Part shown: piece by piece, positions 9,154-19,113 of the stretch
Layout of the letters: each line of letters begins with the position of its first letter
Position numbering within the stretch: the first letter of the stretch is position 1
Assembly (NCBI GenBank): GCA_964552135.1
Contig: CAZKHC010000001.1
Coordinates: 1-53,978 of the forward strand
Reading direction: 5' to 3'
DNA from: an uncultured Algimonas sp.
GTDB taxonomy: Bacteria > Pseudomonadota > Alphaproteobacteria > Caulobacterales > Maricaulaceae
Length of the DNA: 53,978 nt
Translations under genes and position numbers: made by a program
The notes under the pieces: model-generated
The model's input: only the letters and a program-made list of their open reading frames with translations
Databases searched by the model: none
Told to the model about the DNA's origin: nothing

Positions 9154-10353
9154 ATGAACGCGATACCTGATGAAAATGCTTGGACCGTAGAAGACGAGAA
9201 CATGATGCTCGATACGATTGACCGGTGGTGCCGCGAAAAAGTGCGTCCAAAGGTTATGGAGATGGAGCATGCTGATGAATATCCGCATGAATTTGTAGAG
9301 GACATGAAAGAGTTTGGTTTGTTCGGCGCGACAATTTCCCAGGAATATGGCGGGCTAGGCCTTTCTGCGACAACTTATGCTAAAATCGTAACCCGGATTT
9401 CCGAAGAATGGATGAGCCTGACAGGGATATTTAACTCCCACCTTATGATGGCAATTGTCGTCGAGAAATTTGGCACAGATTTCCAAAAAAAATATTGGCT
9501 GCCGAAGTTTTGTTCAGGCGAAATCCGAGGCGCATTGGGCCTGACCGAACCCAATGCTGGGACTGATCTACAAGCTATCAAGACGGTCGCTAAAAAGGAT
9601 GGCGATGACTATGTCGTTAACGGGGCGAAAACGTGGATTTCAAATAGTATCGAAGGCGGGGCCGTCGCCCTTATGGTCAAGACGAACCCTGATAGCGACC
9701 CGCGCTACAAAGGGATGTCCATGTTTATTACGCCGAAAGTTGATCCGGACACAGGTGAAAAATACAAAGGCTACACGGTTGGCTCTAAAATGCATAAGCT
9801 TGGCTATAAGGGCATTGATAGCGCTGAAATCTTCTTTGATGATTACCGGCTTGATGCCAAGCGGCACCTGATTGGCGGTGAAGAAGGCAAAGGTTTCTTT
9901 ATGGCTGTGGGCGGGCTGGAGCTGGGCCGGATTAATATTGCGGCGCGCTCAGTAGGCATCGCTCGGCGCGCGCTCCAAGAAGCGACCCGTTATTCACAAG
10001 AGCGCCAGACATTCGGCAAACCGATTTGTGAACACCAAGCCATTCAGCTTAAGCTTGGCGAAATGGCGACGCGAGCCAAAGCTGCAGAACTTATGACTCT
10101 AGATGCCGCACGCGCTTATGATTCAGGTGAACGCTGTGATATGGAGGCAGGTATGGCCAAATATTTTGCCTCTGAATGTGCTTTGAAAAATTCTGAGGAG
10201 GCTGTCCGCATTCATGGCGGCTACGGTTATTCAAAGGAATATCCGGTCGAGCGACTTTACCGTGAAGCCCCCCTGATGTGTATCGGCGAAGGCACAAATG
10301 AAATGCAGCGTATCATCATTGCCAAACAGCAAATCGCCAGAAATAAGATCTAA
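9154..10353 (+). CDS. Acyl-CoA dehydrogenase
   Basis: Motifs LTEPNAGTD, NGAKTWISN, RQTFGKPI, IHGGYGY and GEGTNEMQR. Confidence 0.95.
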   Translation: MNAIPDENAWTVEDENMMLDTIDRWCREKVRPKVMEMEHADEYPHEFVEDMKEFGLFGATISQEYGGLGLSATTYAKIVTRISEEWMSLTGIFNSHLMMAIVVEKFGTDFQKKYWLPKFCSGEIRGALGLTEPNAGTDLQAIKTVAKKDGDDYVVNGAKTWISNSIEGGAVALMVKTNPDSDPRYKGMSMFITPKVDPDTGEKYKGYTVGSKMHKLGYKGIDSAEIFFDDYRLDAKRHLIGGEEGKGFFMAVGGLELGRINIAARSVGIARRALQEATRYSQERQTFGKPICEHQAIQLKLGEMATRAKAAELMTLDAARAYDSGERCDMEAGMAKYFASECALKNSEEAVRIHGGYGYSKEYPVERLYREAPLMCIGEGTNEMQRIIIAKQQIARNKI

Positions 10354-10357
10354 GTAA

Positions 10358-11506
10358 ATGACCCAAAACCTCCCTCTAAAAGGCATACGCATTATCGCGG
10401 TCGAGCAATATGGGGCGGGGCCATATGGCACGCAGTTGCTCGCAGATCTGGGCGCGGAAGTCATTAAGATTGAAAACCCGCTTACGAGCGGGGATGTCTC
10501 GCGTTTTGTCAGCCCGCATCTGATTGGCGATAAAGACAGCCAGTTCTTTCAAACCTTTAATCGCAATAAAAAATCTCTGTCATTAAATTTGAAATCCGAA
10601 GCGGGACGTACCGCTTTTGAAGCATTGGTGGAGACGGCTGATGCTGTCTCCAACAATCTTCGCGGTGACTTGCCAACGAAACTCAAGATTGATTACCCAT
10701 CTTTGAAAGCCATCAATCCGAAAATCGTTTGCGCGCATCTTTCGGCTTATGGGCGTGGGAATAGCCGGGAAGCCTGGCCGGGCTATGATTATCTGATGCA
10801 AGCCGAAGCAGGTTTTTGTTCTCTGACGGGTGAGCCGGACGGACCGCCAGTACGTTTTGGACTCTCCATGGTTGATTTCATGACGGGGTCTATGTTTGCA
10901 ACGGGATTAGTTGCGGCGGTCTTTGGCGCGCACCGCACAGGCCAAGGAAGTGACATTGATGTCTCGCTTTTTGATACGGCTCTGCATCAGCTCTCTTATC
11001 CTGCCACATGGTATCTCAATGCAGGTGATGTTGTCACGCGGCAACCACGCGGAGCGCACCCAGCTATGGTGCCGAGTCAACTCATGGAAGCGGGCGATGG
11101 TTGGATTATGTTTTGCTGTCAAATTCAAAAATTTTGGGAGCGGGTCGCAGAACGCTTAGGTCATCCTGAATGGGTAGAAGACCCGCGCTTTATATCCATG
11201 GAAAAAAGACGGGCTAATCGTGCGCTCGTTCAAGAGGTGATGGAAGGCGTCATGAAAACAAATACGGTTAACCATTGGATGGAAAAATTTGGCGGCTATG
11301 TCCCTGCCGCACCCGTTTACGATATCGCCCAAGCTATGGATAATCCTTACGTGGCTGAAGTTGAAATGGTCTATGAAGAGACACATGCGGGATTTGAGAA
11401 TGGTAAAATTCGCCTGATGTCCTCGCCGTATAAATATAATGGTCAGCGCCTGAAGGGCGGTATTTCGCCGGAGCTAGGTGCTGACACGCAAGACCTTCTC
11501 GGATAG
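10358..11506 (+). CDS. CaiB/BaiF family III CoA transferase
   Basis: Motifs AGPYGTQLLADLGAEVIKIE, NRNKKS and PGYDYLMQA. Confidence 0.93.
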   Translation: MTQNLPLKGIRIIAVEQYGAGPYGTQLLADLGAEVIKIENPLTSGDVSRFVSPHLIGDKDSQFFQTFNRNKKSLSLNLKSEAGRTAFEALVETADAVSNNLRGDLPTKLKIDYPSLKAINPKIVCAHLSAYGRGNSREAWPGYDYLMQAEAGFCSLTGEPDGPPVRFGLSMVDFMTGSMFATGLVAAVFGAHRTGQGSDIDVSLFDTALHQLSYPATWYLNAGDVVTRQPRGAHPAMVPSQLMEAGDGWIMFCCQIQKFWERVAERLGHPEWVEDPRFISMEKRRANRALVQEVMEGVMKTNTVNHWMEKFGGYVPAAPVYDIAQAMDNPYVAEVEMVYEETHAGFENGKIRLMSSPYKYNGQRLKGGISPELGADTQDLLG

Positions 11507-11515
11507 CATCGCTTT

Positions 11516-12616
11516 ATGAAATTAGATGGCGTCAAAGTATTAGATCTTTCGACCTTTTTGCCGGGGCCACATATGACGATGATGATGGCCGATCACGGCG
11601 CAGATGTTGTGATGGTTGAAGCAGATAATGGGATCGGGGAGCCGACCCGGGCTATGGGCGAAAAATATGCTGACGGAAATTCAGTTTGGTTCACTAATAT
11701 TGCTCGGGGTAAAAGGAGCTATAAAGTCAATCTCAAAGATGCTGACCAACATGCCCAGTTTCTAAAATTAGCCGCAGAGACTGATATCCTTGTCGAAGCT
11801 TTTCGCCCTGGTGTTGCACGCCGTCTGGGCGTGGATTATGACGCCATAAAAGCCATTAATCCCGCAATTATTTACTGTTCCATTTCAGCTTTTGGTCAGG
11901 ACGGAACGTATAAAACAAAACCTGCGCATGATTTGATTGTACAGGCTATGGCGGGGACGGCTGATCTCACGCGATCTATGGAGGGTGCACCATCGTTAAC
12001 ACCAATGCCCAGCGCTGACATGACAGCTTCACTTCATGCGCTTTCAGGCATTCTCATGGCACTTTATCGCCGTGAAAAGACAGGGCAGGGCGATTATCTG
12101 GATATATCCATGTATGACAGTCTTCTTTCTTGGGTGCCCAATGTAACAGGCGCTGTCTTTGCCCAAGGCCGTCAGGCTAGTCGTGCTGAGATGCGAAGCT
12201 TTGGCGGAAATGCTTTTGTCAACATTTATGAGACGCAGGATGGCGGCCATATAGTTTTGGGCGGAAGTGAACCGAAATTTGTCGCTAATGTTTTGAACTA
12301 TTTCGAACGTCTCGACTTAGTTGAAGAAATGAAAAATCCTGTGGGCCAACAAGAGGTGGTAAAAGCCTTCTTCATACAAATATTTAAAACCAAGACACAA
12401 GCTGACTGGGAAATGATTTTCCAAGATATTGATTGCTGTTGGTCAACGATTCGAACTTTGCACGAAGCTCTTACAGAAGAAGCCGCGCCCCTCATTAAGT
12501 CAGGCGATAAGTGTCATATTAAAAACCCCATTCGCTTTACAGAAGAGCCTGCACAGCTCTCATTTCAATTGCCCGAATTTGGGGAACATACAGATCAATT
12601 AAAAGGTGGTTTTTAA
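11516..12616 (+). CDS. CaiB/BaiF family III CoA transferase
   Basis: Motifs LPGPHMTMMMADHGA, EAFRPGV and AHDLIVQA. Confidence 0.92.
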   Translation: MKLDGVKVLDLSTFLPGPHMTMMMADHGADVVMVEADNGIGEPTRAMGEKYADGNSVWFTNIARGKRSYKVNLKDADQHAQFLKLAAETDILVEAFRPGVARRLGVDYDAIKAINPAIIYCSISAFGQDGTYKTKPAHDLIVQAMAGTADLTRSMEGAPSLTPMPSADMTASLHALSGILMALYRREKTGQGDYLDISMYDSLLSWVPNVTGAVFAQGRQASRAEMRSFGGNAFVNIYETQDGGHIVLGGSEPKFVANVLNYFERLDLVEEMKNPVGQQEVVKAFFIQIFKTKTQADWEMIFQDIDCCWSTIRTLHEALTEEAAPLIKSGDKCHIKNPIRFTEEPAQLSFQLPEFGEHTDQLKGGF

Positions 12617-13182
12617 TGTCACGTCTTCCAAAACTTATGGATGCAGATATTCCTGCCGAGGCTAAACCTCTATTTGATTTTGCTGAAAACATGATGGGGT
12701 TCACGCCCAATGATGCATATGACATGGCCCGAAATCCGGCTATCTTAAAAGGTGTCGCGGCGATGTGCGGTGCGGTCTATGCGCCCGGTGAAGTGTCTCA
12801 AGGCCTGAAGCGTCTCATCGGTTATATTGCCTCCACAGCGGCGGGCTGTAAATATTGCCAAGTCCACACGGCGCATGGCGCGCATACAGAAGGTGAGGAA
12901 GATGCGCGTATCTTGGCGGCCTGGGACTATGAAACGTCTGACTTGTTTAATGAAGCCGAACGCGCAGCCTTGCGCGTCGCGCAAGCGGGTGCGATGACGC
13001 CGAGCCTAGTTACGGACGCCCAATTTGTGGATATGCGCGCGCATTATTCAGATGCGCAAATCGTTGAAATCGTAGCTGTGATTTCTATGTTCGGATTTCT
13101 CAACCGATGGAATGCAATTATGGACACAGAGTTGGAAACAACGCCTTTATCTTATACGGATAATGTTGGTATCACTTCGTGA
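12616..13182 (+). CDS. Carboxymuconolactone decarboxylase/AhpD family protein
   Basis: GCKYCQVH CxxC motif and EIVAVISMFGFLNRWN. Confidence 0.85.
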   Translation: MSRLPKLMDADIPAEAKPLFDFAENMMGFTPNDAYDMARNPAILKGVAAMCGAVYAPGEVSQGLKRLIGYIASTAAGCKYCQVHTAHGAHTEGEEDARILAAWDYETSDLFNEAERAALRVAQAGAMTPSLVTDAQFVDMRAHYSDAQIVEIVAVISMFGFLNRWNAIMDTELETTPLSYTDNVGITS

Positions 13183-14468
13183 CACTTACCGAAAAACTCT
13201 CCAAAATTTTAGCACGTCCTATTTCGGACCAAGACCGTAAACGTGCGGCTTTACTTTTGCTGGATTGGACAGGGTGTGCTGTTGCCGGGCAGGCGGAACC
13301 TGCAGGGCAAAAATTTACCGCGGCGTTTCCTGATGAAAGTGGCAATTGCACACGTATAGGTGCGAGCAAAGCGTCACCATTAATGGCAGCGCTGCATAAT
13401 GGATGCCTGGGTAATGTTCTCGAAATGGATGATGTTGATAAACGGGCTGTGCTCCATGCTGCGCCGACGATTATGCCTGCGGCATTGGCAATGGCTGAAT
13501 ATATTGGCGCAAGTGCGAAGGATTTCCTTGACGCGATTGTCATTGGATATGAGGCCACTATTCGTATCGGCCGCGCGGTGGGGTCGGGCCATTATGCTTT
13601 TTGGCATAATACGGCGACCTGCGGCCCATTTGGCGCAGCGGCGGCGGTTTGTCATCTACTTGAGGGGAGTGACTTGGTATCTGCTTTAGGCCTTGCCGGT
13701 ACACAAGCGGCAGGTTTGTGGCAGACACGTCATGAGTCTGATTCAATGGCAAAGCAACTTCATGCGGGACATGCCGCACATGCCGGTGTTCTTGCCGCGA
13801 TGTTATCTAAGCAAGGCTTCCAAGGTCCGCGCTCTATTCTTGAAGGGGAACAAGGGTTCTTTGCCGCGATGTGTAAAGGCGCTGACCCTACAGATGTTTT
13901 AATTAATCCTAAGGCTGGATGGTGCCTTCATGAAACGAGTCTGAAACCTTATCCGGCTTGCCGTCATGCGCATCCTGCGATTGATGCGGCTTTGATAGCA
14001 TATGAAGATTCAATACCTCTTGGTTTTGACGTGTTGGTGGAAACCTATTCCGACGCCCTCAAATTCTGTGATCGTAAAAATCCGCAAACATCGATTGAGA
14101 TGAAGTTTTCGCTTCAACACAGCGTGGCCGTTTCTCTTGTCACGGGAGATCCCAGTTTGGCTGATTTTGTCGCTGAAAATACCTCTGATGAAGTATTGGC
14201 TTTGCGCAAGCGCATTACGGTCAAAGAAGCGGATGAATTTACGAAAGCTTATCCGGCGCATTATGGAGCAGCCGTCACGATTGGGGGCAATCGATATGTC
14301 GCTAAAGACGCTTATGGTGATCCTGAATATCCAATGGATAATGAAGCGGTCATTCGAAAAGCCGTGACTCTTATGACCTATACGGGGGCGAGTGAAGAAA
14401 AATCAAAACTACTCGCCAAGGCGGCTATAGGGGCTGACTTAAGTCATTATATAGACCTGCTCCCATGA
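13179..14468 (+). CDS. MmgE/PrpD family protein
   Basis: Motifs LEMDDVD, WHNTATCG, KPYPACRHAH and KFSLQH. Confidence 0.9.
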   Translation: MTLTEKLSKILARPISDQDRKRAALLLLDWTGCAVAGQAEPAGQKFTAAFPDESGNCTRIGASKASPLMAALHNGCLGNVLEMDDVDKRAVLHAAPTIMPAALAMAEYIGASAKDFLDAIVIGYEATIRIGRAVGSGHYAFWHNTATCGPFGAAAAVCHLLEGSDLVSALGLAGTQAAGLWQTRHESDSMAKQLHAGHAAHAGVLAAMLSKQGFQGPRSILEGEQGFFAAMCKGADPTDVLINPKAGWCLHETSLKPYPACRHAHPAIDAALIAYEDSIPLGFDVLVETYSDALKFCDRKNPQTSIEMKFSLQHSVAVSLVTGDPSLADFVAENTSDEVLALRKRITVKEADEFTKAYPAHYGAAVTIGGNRYVAKDAYGDPEYPMDNEAVIRKAVTLMTYTGASEEKSKLLAKAAIGADLSHYIDLLP

Positions 14469-15838
14469 GTGAAATTTCCCGCCGCTTCGCGAATTACACT
14501 CTGACGCAATCTATTTTTCCCGATAGCGCCTATGAAGCAGTCAAGACCTTTATTCTCGATAGCTTTGGTGTTGGGATCGCGGGGTCAAACGCGCCGTTTA
14601 ATGAAGCCGTCTTTAAAGCGGCGATGTTATGCGGGTCAGGCGATGATGCTCATCTCTGGGGACGAGGAATTAAAGCGCCTACCGCGACAGCCGCTTATGT
14701 CAACGGTTTTCAAATCCATTCTATGGAATATGACTGCGTTCATGAGCCGGCGGTGGTTCACCCTATGGCGACAATTTTTGCCGCGATTTCAGCTGAAGCC
14801 GAACGTCAAAATGGCGTGAGCGGGTTGCAGCTTATGGAGGCTGTTATTGTAGGCGTTGATGTCGCCGTGGAATTAGGTGTTAGCGTAACCTCACCTTTAA
14901 AATTTTTTCGCCCGGCCACAGCAGGCCTTTTTGGCGCGACACTCGGTATTGCGCGCTTGCGTGGGTTTGATGAAGCCAGCGCTATGTCGGCTATGGGGTG
15001 TGCACTGGCACAATGTGCAGGCGTGATGCAAGCCCATATTGAAGGGAAACCAACGCTGCCTGTGCAAATAGCCGGCGCGGCGAGGGCCGCCGTCGTGGCC
15101 TGTGATTTAGCCGAAGCTGGACTCTACGGGCCTGAGAGCTCTCTTGAAGGGCCGTTTGGCTATTTCAAAATGTTTGAGGACATGGCTCACCCTAAAGCCG
15201 CAGCTGCCTGCCTTGGCAAAGTTCACCGCATAACCGAAGTGAGCTGGAAACCGTTCCCAACGGGCCGCGCGGCCCAAGGGGCTATCGTCTTGCTGCAAGA
15301 CTTAATGAGGCAAGGCGTTACGCTTGATAATCTTGAAGAGCTGACATTATCCGCCCCGCCTATTATCCCTCGCCTTGTAGAGCGGCCTATTCCAGAAAAT
15401 ATGACAGCCAATTATGCGCGTCTTTGTTTTCCTTATCTGGCAGCTATCGTGTTGCTGCGAGGAACAGTTACACTTAACGACTTTGCAGATGCCGATTTGC
15501 GCAGTCTTGAAATTTTAGCGGCGTCTAAGAAAATTAAAATTGAAACTAATCACATCTCCGACCCTGCGAAATTTGTTCCTCAATCTATGACAGCAAGACT
15601 GAAAAACGGGGAGGAGAAGCGCGCGAAAATTGACAAATTATTTGGCTCACCCGCTGACCCACTCTCGCAAGAACAGCATCTTACAAAGTTTAGAAACTGC
15701 GTCGATTTTGGTTTTAAAAACGGAACTTTGAGCGACGTCAATGCAAAGCAGAGCGCAGACAGGCTCATAGAGCTAGTTGATAATTTGGAGCGGTCCGAGG
15801 ATTGCAGCGAACTGTTTTCGTTGGCCTCAGGCCTTTAA
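14465..15838 (+). CDS. MmgE/PrpD family protein
   Basis: Motifs HSMEYDCVH, VHP, LEGPFGYF, KPFPTGR and GSPADPLS. Confidence 0.9.
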   Translation: MSEISRRFANYTLTQSIFPDSAYEAVKTFILDSFGVGIAGSNAPFNEAVFKAAMLCGSGDDAHLWGRGIKAPTATAAYVNGFQIHSMEYDCVHEPAVVHPMATIFAAISAEAERQNGVSGLQLMEAVIVGVDVAVELGVSVTSPLKFFRPATAGLFGATLGIARLRGFDEASAMSAMGCALAQCAGVMQAHIEGKPTLPVQIAGAARAAVVACDLAEAGLYGPESSLEGPFGYFKMFEDMAHPKAAAACLGKVHRITEVSWKPFPTGRAAQGAIVLLQDLMRQGVTLDNLEELTLSAPPIIPRLVERPIPENMTANYARLCFPYLAAIVLLRGTVTLNDFADADLRSLEILAASKKIKIETNHISDPAKFVPQSMTARLKNGEEKRAKIDKLFGSPADPLSQEQHLTKFRNCVDFGFKNGTLSDVNAKQSADRLIELVDNLERSEDCSELFSLASGL

Positions 15839-15842
15839 ATAT

Positions 15843-17234
15843 ATGCACGCTACATATTTTGATTTTGTAAAGCCTGAAGAGCTACGCGCAGATCATCCTA
15901 TTGGGGATGAGTTTTTGGCTTTTGCTAAAAATACCTCGCGGGATGCTCTTTTCGCACATCAAGACAGACTCTTTCGTAAAATGCTTTTGAGAGCTTGGAA
16001 AATACCTTTTTATCAAAAACTTTGGGCCGCGGAGGGTATTCAGGCTGGTGATATTGATGGCTTGAAAGATATTCAGAAACTCCCAACATTTGATAAGTCT
16101 GACATCATGGCAAGCCTTGAGCGCAAACCACCTTTTGGGGACTTCGCAGGTCTTGAGACTTATACGCCTAAAAGGCGGCCGCCTGTAAAATTCCACACAA
16201 CATCTGGCACAACAGGGAAACCGCAAGTGCTTATCTTCGGGCCTAAGTCGCGCGAAGTGCAAAACCTTCTCCTCGCGCGTCTTTACACTTTACAGGGTAT
16301 TGGCTGCGGTGATGTCGTGCATTCCGTTTATGGCCATGGCCCTATAAATGGCGGGCATTATGTCCGCGAAGCGGTCACACATTGGACACAGGCGACGTTT
16401 GTTTCAGCCGGCACAGGCGTGGAAACGCGCTCCGTCAAGCAAGTGCAGATGATGGCTGATTTTGGTGCGACGGCGATTGTTGGTTTTGCAGATTATATCA
16501 AGAAACTTGCCAAGGTTGCAAAAGAAGCCGGACTCGAGCCCGGTGTTGATATTCCAGTGCGTACTATTTCTGGCCATATGGGCCGTGAAGATAAAGCCAG
16601 CGTTTCCGAGATGTGGGGCGGTGCGAAATGTTATGACTGGTACGGTGTTGGCGATACAGGCGCGATAGCGGGTGAGGGCCCCGACCAAGACGGCCTATAT
16701 GTTATGGAAGATGCGCAATATTTGGAAATTTGTGATATAGAGACAGGCCAGCCTGTGGCTGAGGGCCAGAGCGGTGATATGGTCTGCACCTGCCTGTTTA
16801 AGGATGATGTGTATCCAATTATCCGCTTCAATACTCATGATGTGTCTGCTGTACGGGCCGGTAAATCCTCATTAGGATTAAACTTGCAACGGATTGAGGG
16901 CTTTCTTGGGCGTTCGGATAATATGGTGAAGCTGCGCGGTATCAATATCTTCCCGCAAGCCATTGGCCCGCTTATGGAAAAGATTGAGAGTTTTGGCGGT
17001 GAATTTTATTGCCAAGTTGATCGTGATGATTCCGGCCGTGATGAAATGACCGTGGTGGCTGAATGTAAATCTGTTGAAGCCGCCGAGCTTACATCAAAAT
17101 TTGAAACCCTTTTGAAAGAAAAACTTGGTCTTGAAATGTCTGTAAAACTTGTGCCTTTGGGAACGACGGGTGATATTACTCAAGTGGATGTGCGCCAAAA
17201 ACCTATTCGCCTTGTTGATACCCGTTTTAGATGA
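15843..17234 (+). CDS. Phenylacetate-CoA ligase (PaaK)-like acyl-CoA synthetase
   Basis: Motifs HTTSGTTGKP, PIIRFNTHD and GRSDNMVKLRGINIFP. ATG 15843 follows the upstream stop. Confidence 0.88.
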   Translation: MHATYFDFVKPEELRADHPIGDEFLAFAKNTSRDALFAHQDRLFRKMLLRAWKIPFYQKLWAAEGIQAGDIDGLKDIQKLPTFDKSDIMASLERKPPFGDFAGLETYTPKRRPPVKFHTTSGTTGKPQVLIFGPKSREVQNLLLARLYTLQGIGCGDVVHSVYGHGPINGGHYVREAVTHWTQATFVSAGTGVETRSVKQVQMMADFGATAIVGFADYIKKLAKVAKEAGLEPGVDIPVRTISGHMGREDKASVSEMWGGAKCYDWYGVGDTGAIAGEGPDQDGLYVMEDAQYLEICDIETGQPVAEGQSGDMVCTCLFKDDVYPIIRFNTHDVSAVRAGKSSLGLNLQRIEGFLGRSDNMVKLRGINIFPQAIGPLMEKIESFGGEFYCQVDRDDSGRDEMTVVAECKSVEAAELTSKFETLLKEKLGLEMSVKLVPLGTTGDITQVDVRQKPIRLVDTRFR

Positions 17235-18331
17235 CGCTTAATATCAATGCGATATTAGAAAATATTCGTCCACAGACGGAGGGTATTCGTGTCGGTGTAA
17301 AGGCAAATATCGCTGTCAAAGGTTATGCGTGTCATGGCGGTATCAAAGCCTATGAAAATGATGTTCCTACTGAGGATGCTCTCGTTATTTCGCGTTTAAG
17401 ACACGCAGGCTATAATATAGCTGCTATCGTCAATATGGAAGAGGGCGCATTGGGCGCGCAGACGGATAATCCTTGGTTTGGCAAAACACATAATCCCTTA
17501 AAACATGGCTACACGCCCGGAGGCTCTAGTGGTGGATCTGCAGCTGCAGTGGTCGCGAACCAAGTAGATATCGCTTTGGGAACTGATACGATGGGCTCTG
17601 TGCGAATTCCATCCGCCTATTGTGGTCTTTGGGGGTTTAAGCCGTCTCATGATTCAGCCATGCTTAAAGGTGTCATGCCACTTGCGCCGACTTTGGACAC
17701 AGTCGGTGTTCACGCAAAGAGTTTGGACGATGTTATTCGGGGCACAGAGATTATCACAGGGCGAGATTTTAGCGGTGGAAAAGCCGGCGAAATTACGCTG
17801 CTAGATTGGGTGGGGCGGGTCACATGCGAGGCTGATGTTCAACTTGTTTTCGAAACATTTATCGCCAATTTTAGTACCCTCCGAACAACAAATCTCACGC
17901 CCTATGAGTTTGGGAAATCTCGCCGTGCGGGGCTTATTCTCTCCGAAGTAGAGGGTTATGCTGTTCATAACGAAAAGATTGCAGAAACGCCTGATGGCTT
18001 TTCAGAGGTTTTTCGGGGCATGCTCGAATATGGCCGTGATTTGCCGTTAGAGAAAATTGAGGCAGCTTATGAGCATATCAAAACCTTACGTGGGGTGGAA
18101 TTTCCCGATTTCATCTTGATGCCGACGACCCCGCAAACAGCCTTTAAATTTGGTGATACGGTTCCGGTTAATCAGGCAGATTTTACGGCTTTTGCTAATC
18201 TGGCTGACAGGCCCGCGATACAATTTCAAATTGGCAAAGGTAGTAATGGTTTGCCAATAGGGGCGCAACTTGTGGGGCCACGCGGTCGTGAAGCTGATCT
18301 TGTAGCCACTATTAAAACTTTATTTAATTAA
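17231..18331 (+). CDS. Amidase signature family protein (compact)
   Basis: Motifs VKANI, PGGSSGGS and GTDTMGSVRIP (Ser-cisSer-Lys). Confidence 0.9.
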   Translation: MTLNINAILENIRPQTEGIRVGVKANIAVKGYACHGGIKAYENDVPTEDALVISRLRHAGYNIAAIVNMEEGALGAQTDNPWFGKTHNPLKHGYTPGGSSGGSAAAVVANQVDIALGTDTMGSVRIPSAYCGLWGFKPSHDSAMLKGVMPLAPTLDTVGVHAKSLDDVIRGTEIITGRDFSGGKAGEITLLDWVGRVTCEADVQLVFETFIANFSTLRTTNLTPYEFGKSRRAGLILSEVEGYAVHNEKIAETPDGFSEVFRGMLEYGRDLPLEKIEAAYEHIKTLRGVEFPDFILMPTTPQTAFKFGDTVPVNQADFTAFANLADRPAIQFQIGKGSNGLPIGAQLVGPRGREADLVATIKTLFN

Positions 18332-19104
18332 CTAAAATTCGGCTTTCGTTTTCCCAAAAATGCTTTGTAACCTTCTTTGAAATCTGCGCTGGAAAACCCG
18401 TCGAGAAACCAATTTAAGGATTGCTCTGTCTCGCCTGTTTGCCCGGCTTGGTAGGCGGCGAACATGTTTTTGGTCACACGAAGAGACTGTGGCGAAAGGG
18501 CCGCGAGGCTTTGCGCATATTCTAGTGTCTTTTCTTCGAGGTTGTCGATTGTGAAAAGGTGATTGACTAATCCCATTTGCCGAGCTGGTTCTGCCTGAAT
18601 GAGACGCGCAGATAAGAGTATGTCTTTAGCGTTGGGAATACCGACAGTCTCAATCAGGCGCTGAACATCATTAAAGGGATAGACGAGACCGAGTCTGGCT
18701 GGGGTGATGGCATATTTGGACGTGTTATCGGCAAAGCGAATATCGCAGCAAAGCGCCAGGCCACAACCACCGCCGACACAAGCGCCGCGTATCATCGCGA
18801 TAGATGGCATTGGGAATTCGGCCAAAGCTTTGAAACCCGCAGCGATGTCATTACTGATTTTCTTAGCGCTAGCCGCCGTAGCGTAAAGCGTTTCAAATTC
18901 TGAAATATCTGCGCCGCTGGAGAAATTATGGCCATTGCCACGAACGATAAGGGCGCGCAGACCTTTTGTCTTTGCGGCCTTGTCTAAAATAACAGGTAGG
19001 TGCGCCCACATGGCTGCGTTCAGGGCGTTGCGCCGTGCAGGTTGGGATAAAATCAATTCCCCTATGCCAGGGTTGAGTATTTTGAATTTCAACTTGTCTG
19101 TCAT
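18328..19104 (-). CDS. Enoyl-CoA hydratase/isomerase (crotonase)
   Basis: Motifs RRNALN, FSSGADI and GACVGGGCGLALCCDIR. Confidence 0.92.
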   Translation of the reverse strand: MTDKLKFKILNPGIGELILSQPARRNALNAAMWAHLPVILDKAAKTKGLRALIVRGNGHNFSSGADISEFETLYATAASAKKISNDIAAGFKALAEFPMPSIAMIRGACVGGGCGLALCCDIRFADNTSKYAITPARLGLVYPFNDVQRLIETVGIPNAKDILLSARLIQAEPARQMGLVNHLFTIDNLEEKTLEYAQSLAALSPQSLRVTKNMFAAYQAGQTGETEQSLNWFLDGFSSADFKEGYKAFLGKRKPNFS

Positions 19105-19113
19105 TCGGCTTAA

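Noticed and set aside
5763-18331. Prodigiosin-like biosynthetic cluster suggested by hapK
   Set aside because: No PKS/NRPS, prolyl carrier protein or PigC-like condensing enzyme is present; the enzyme set looks degradative.
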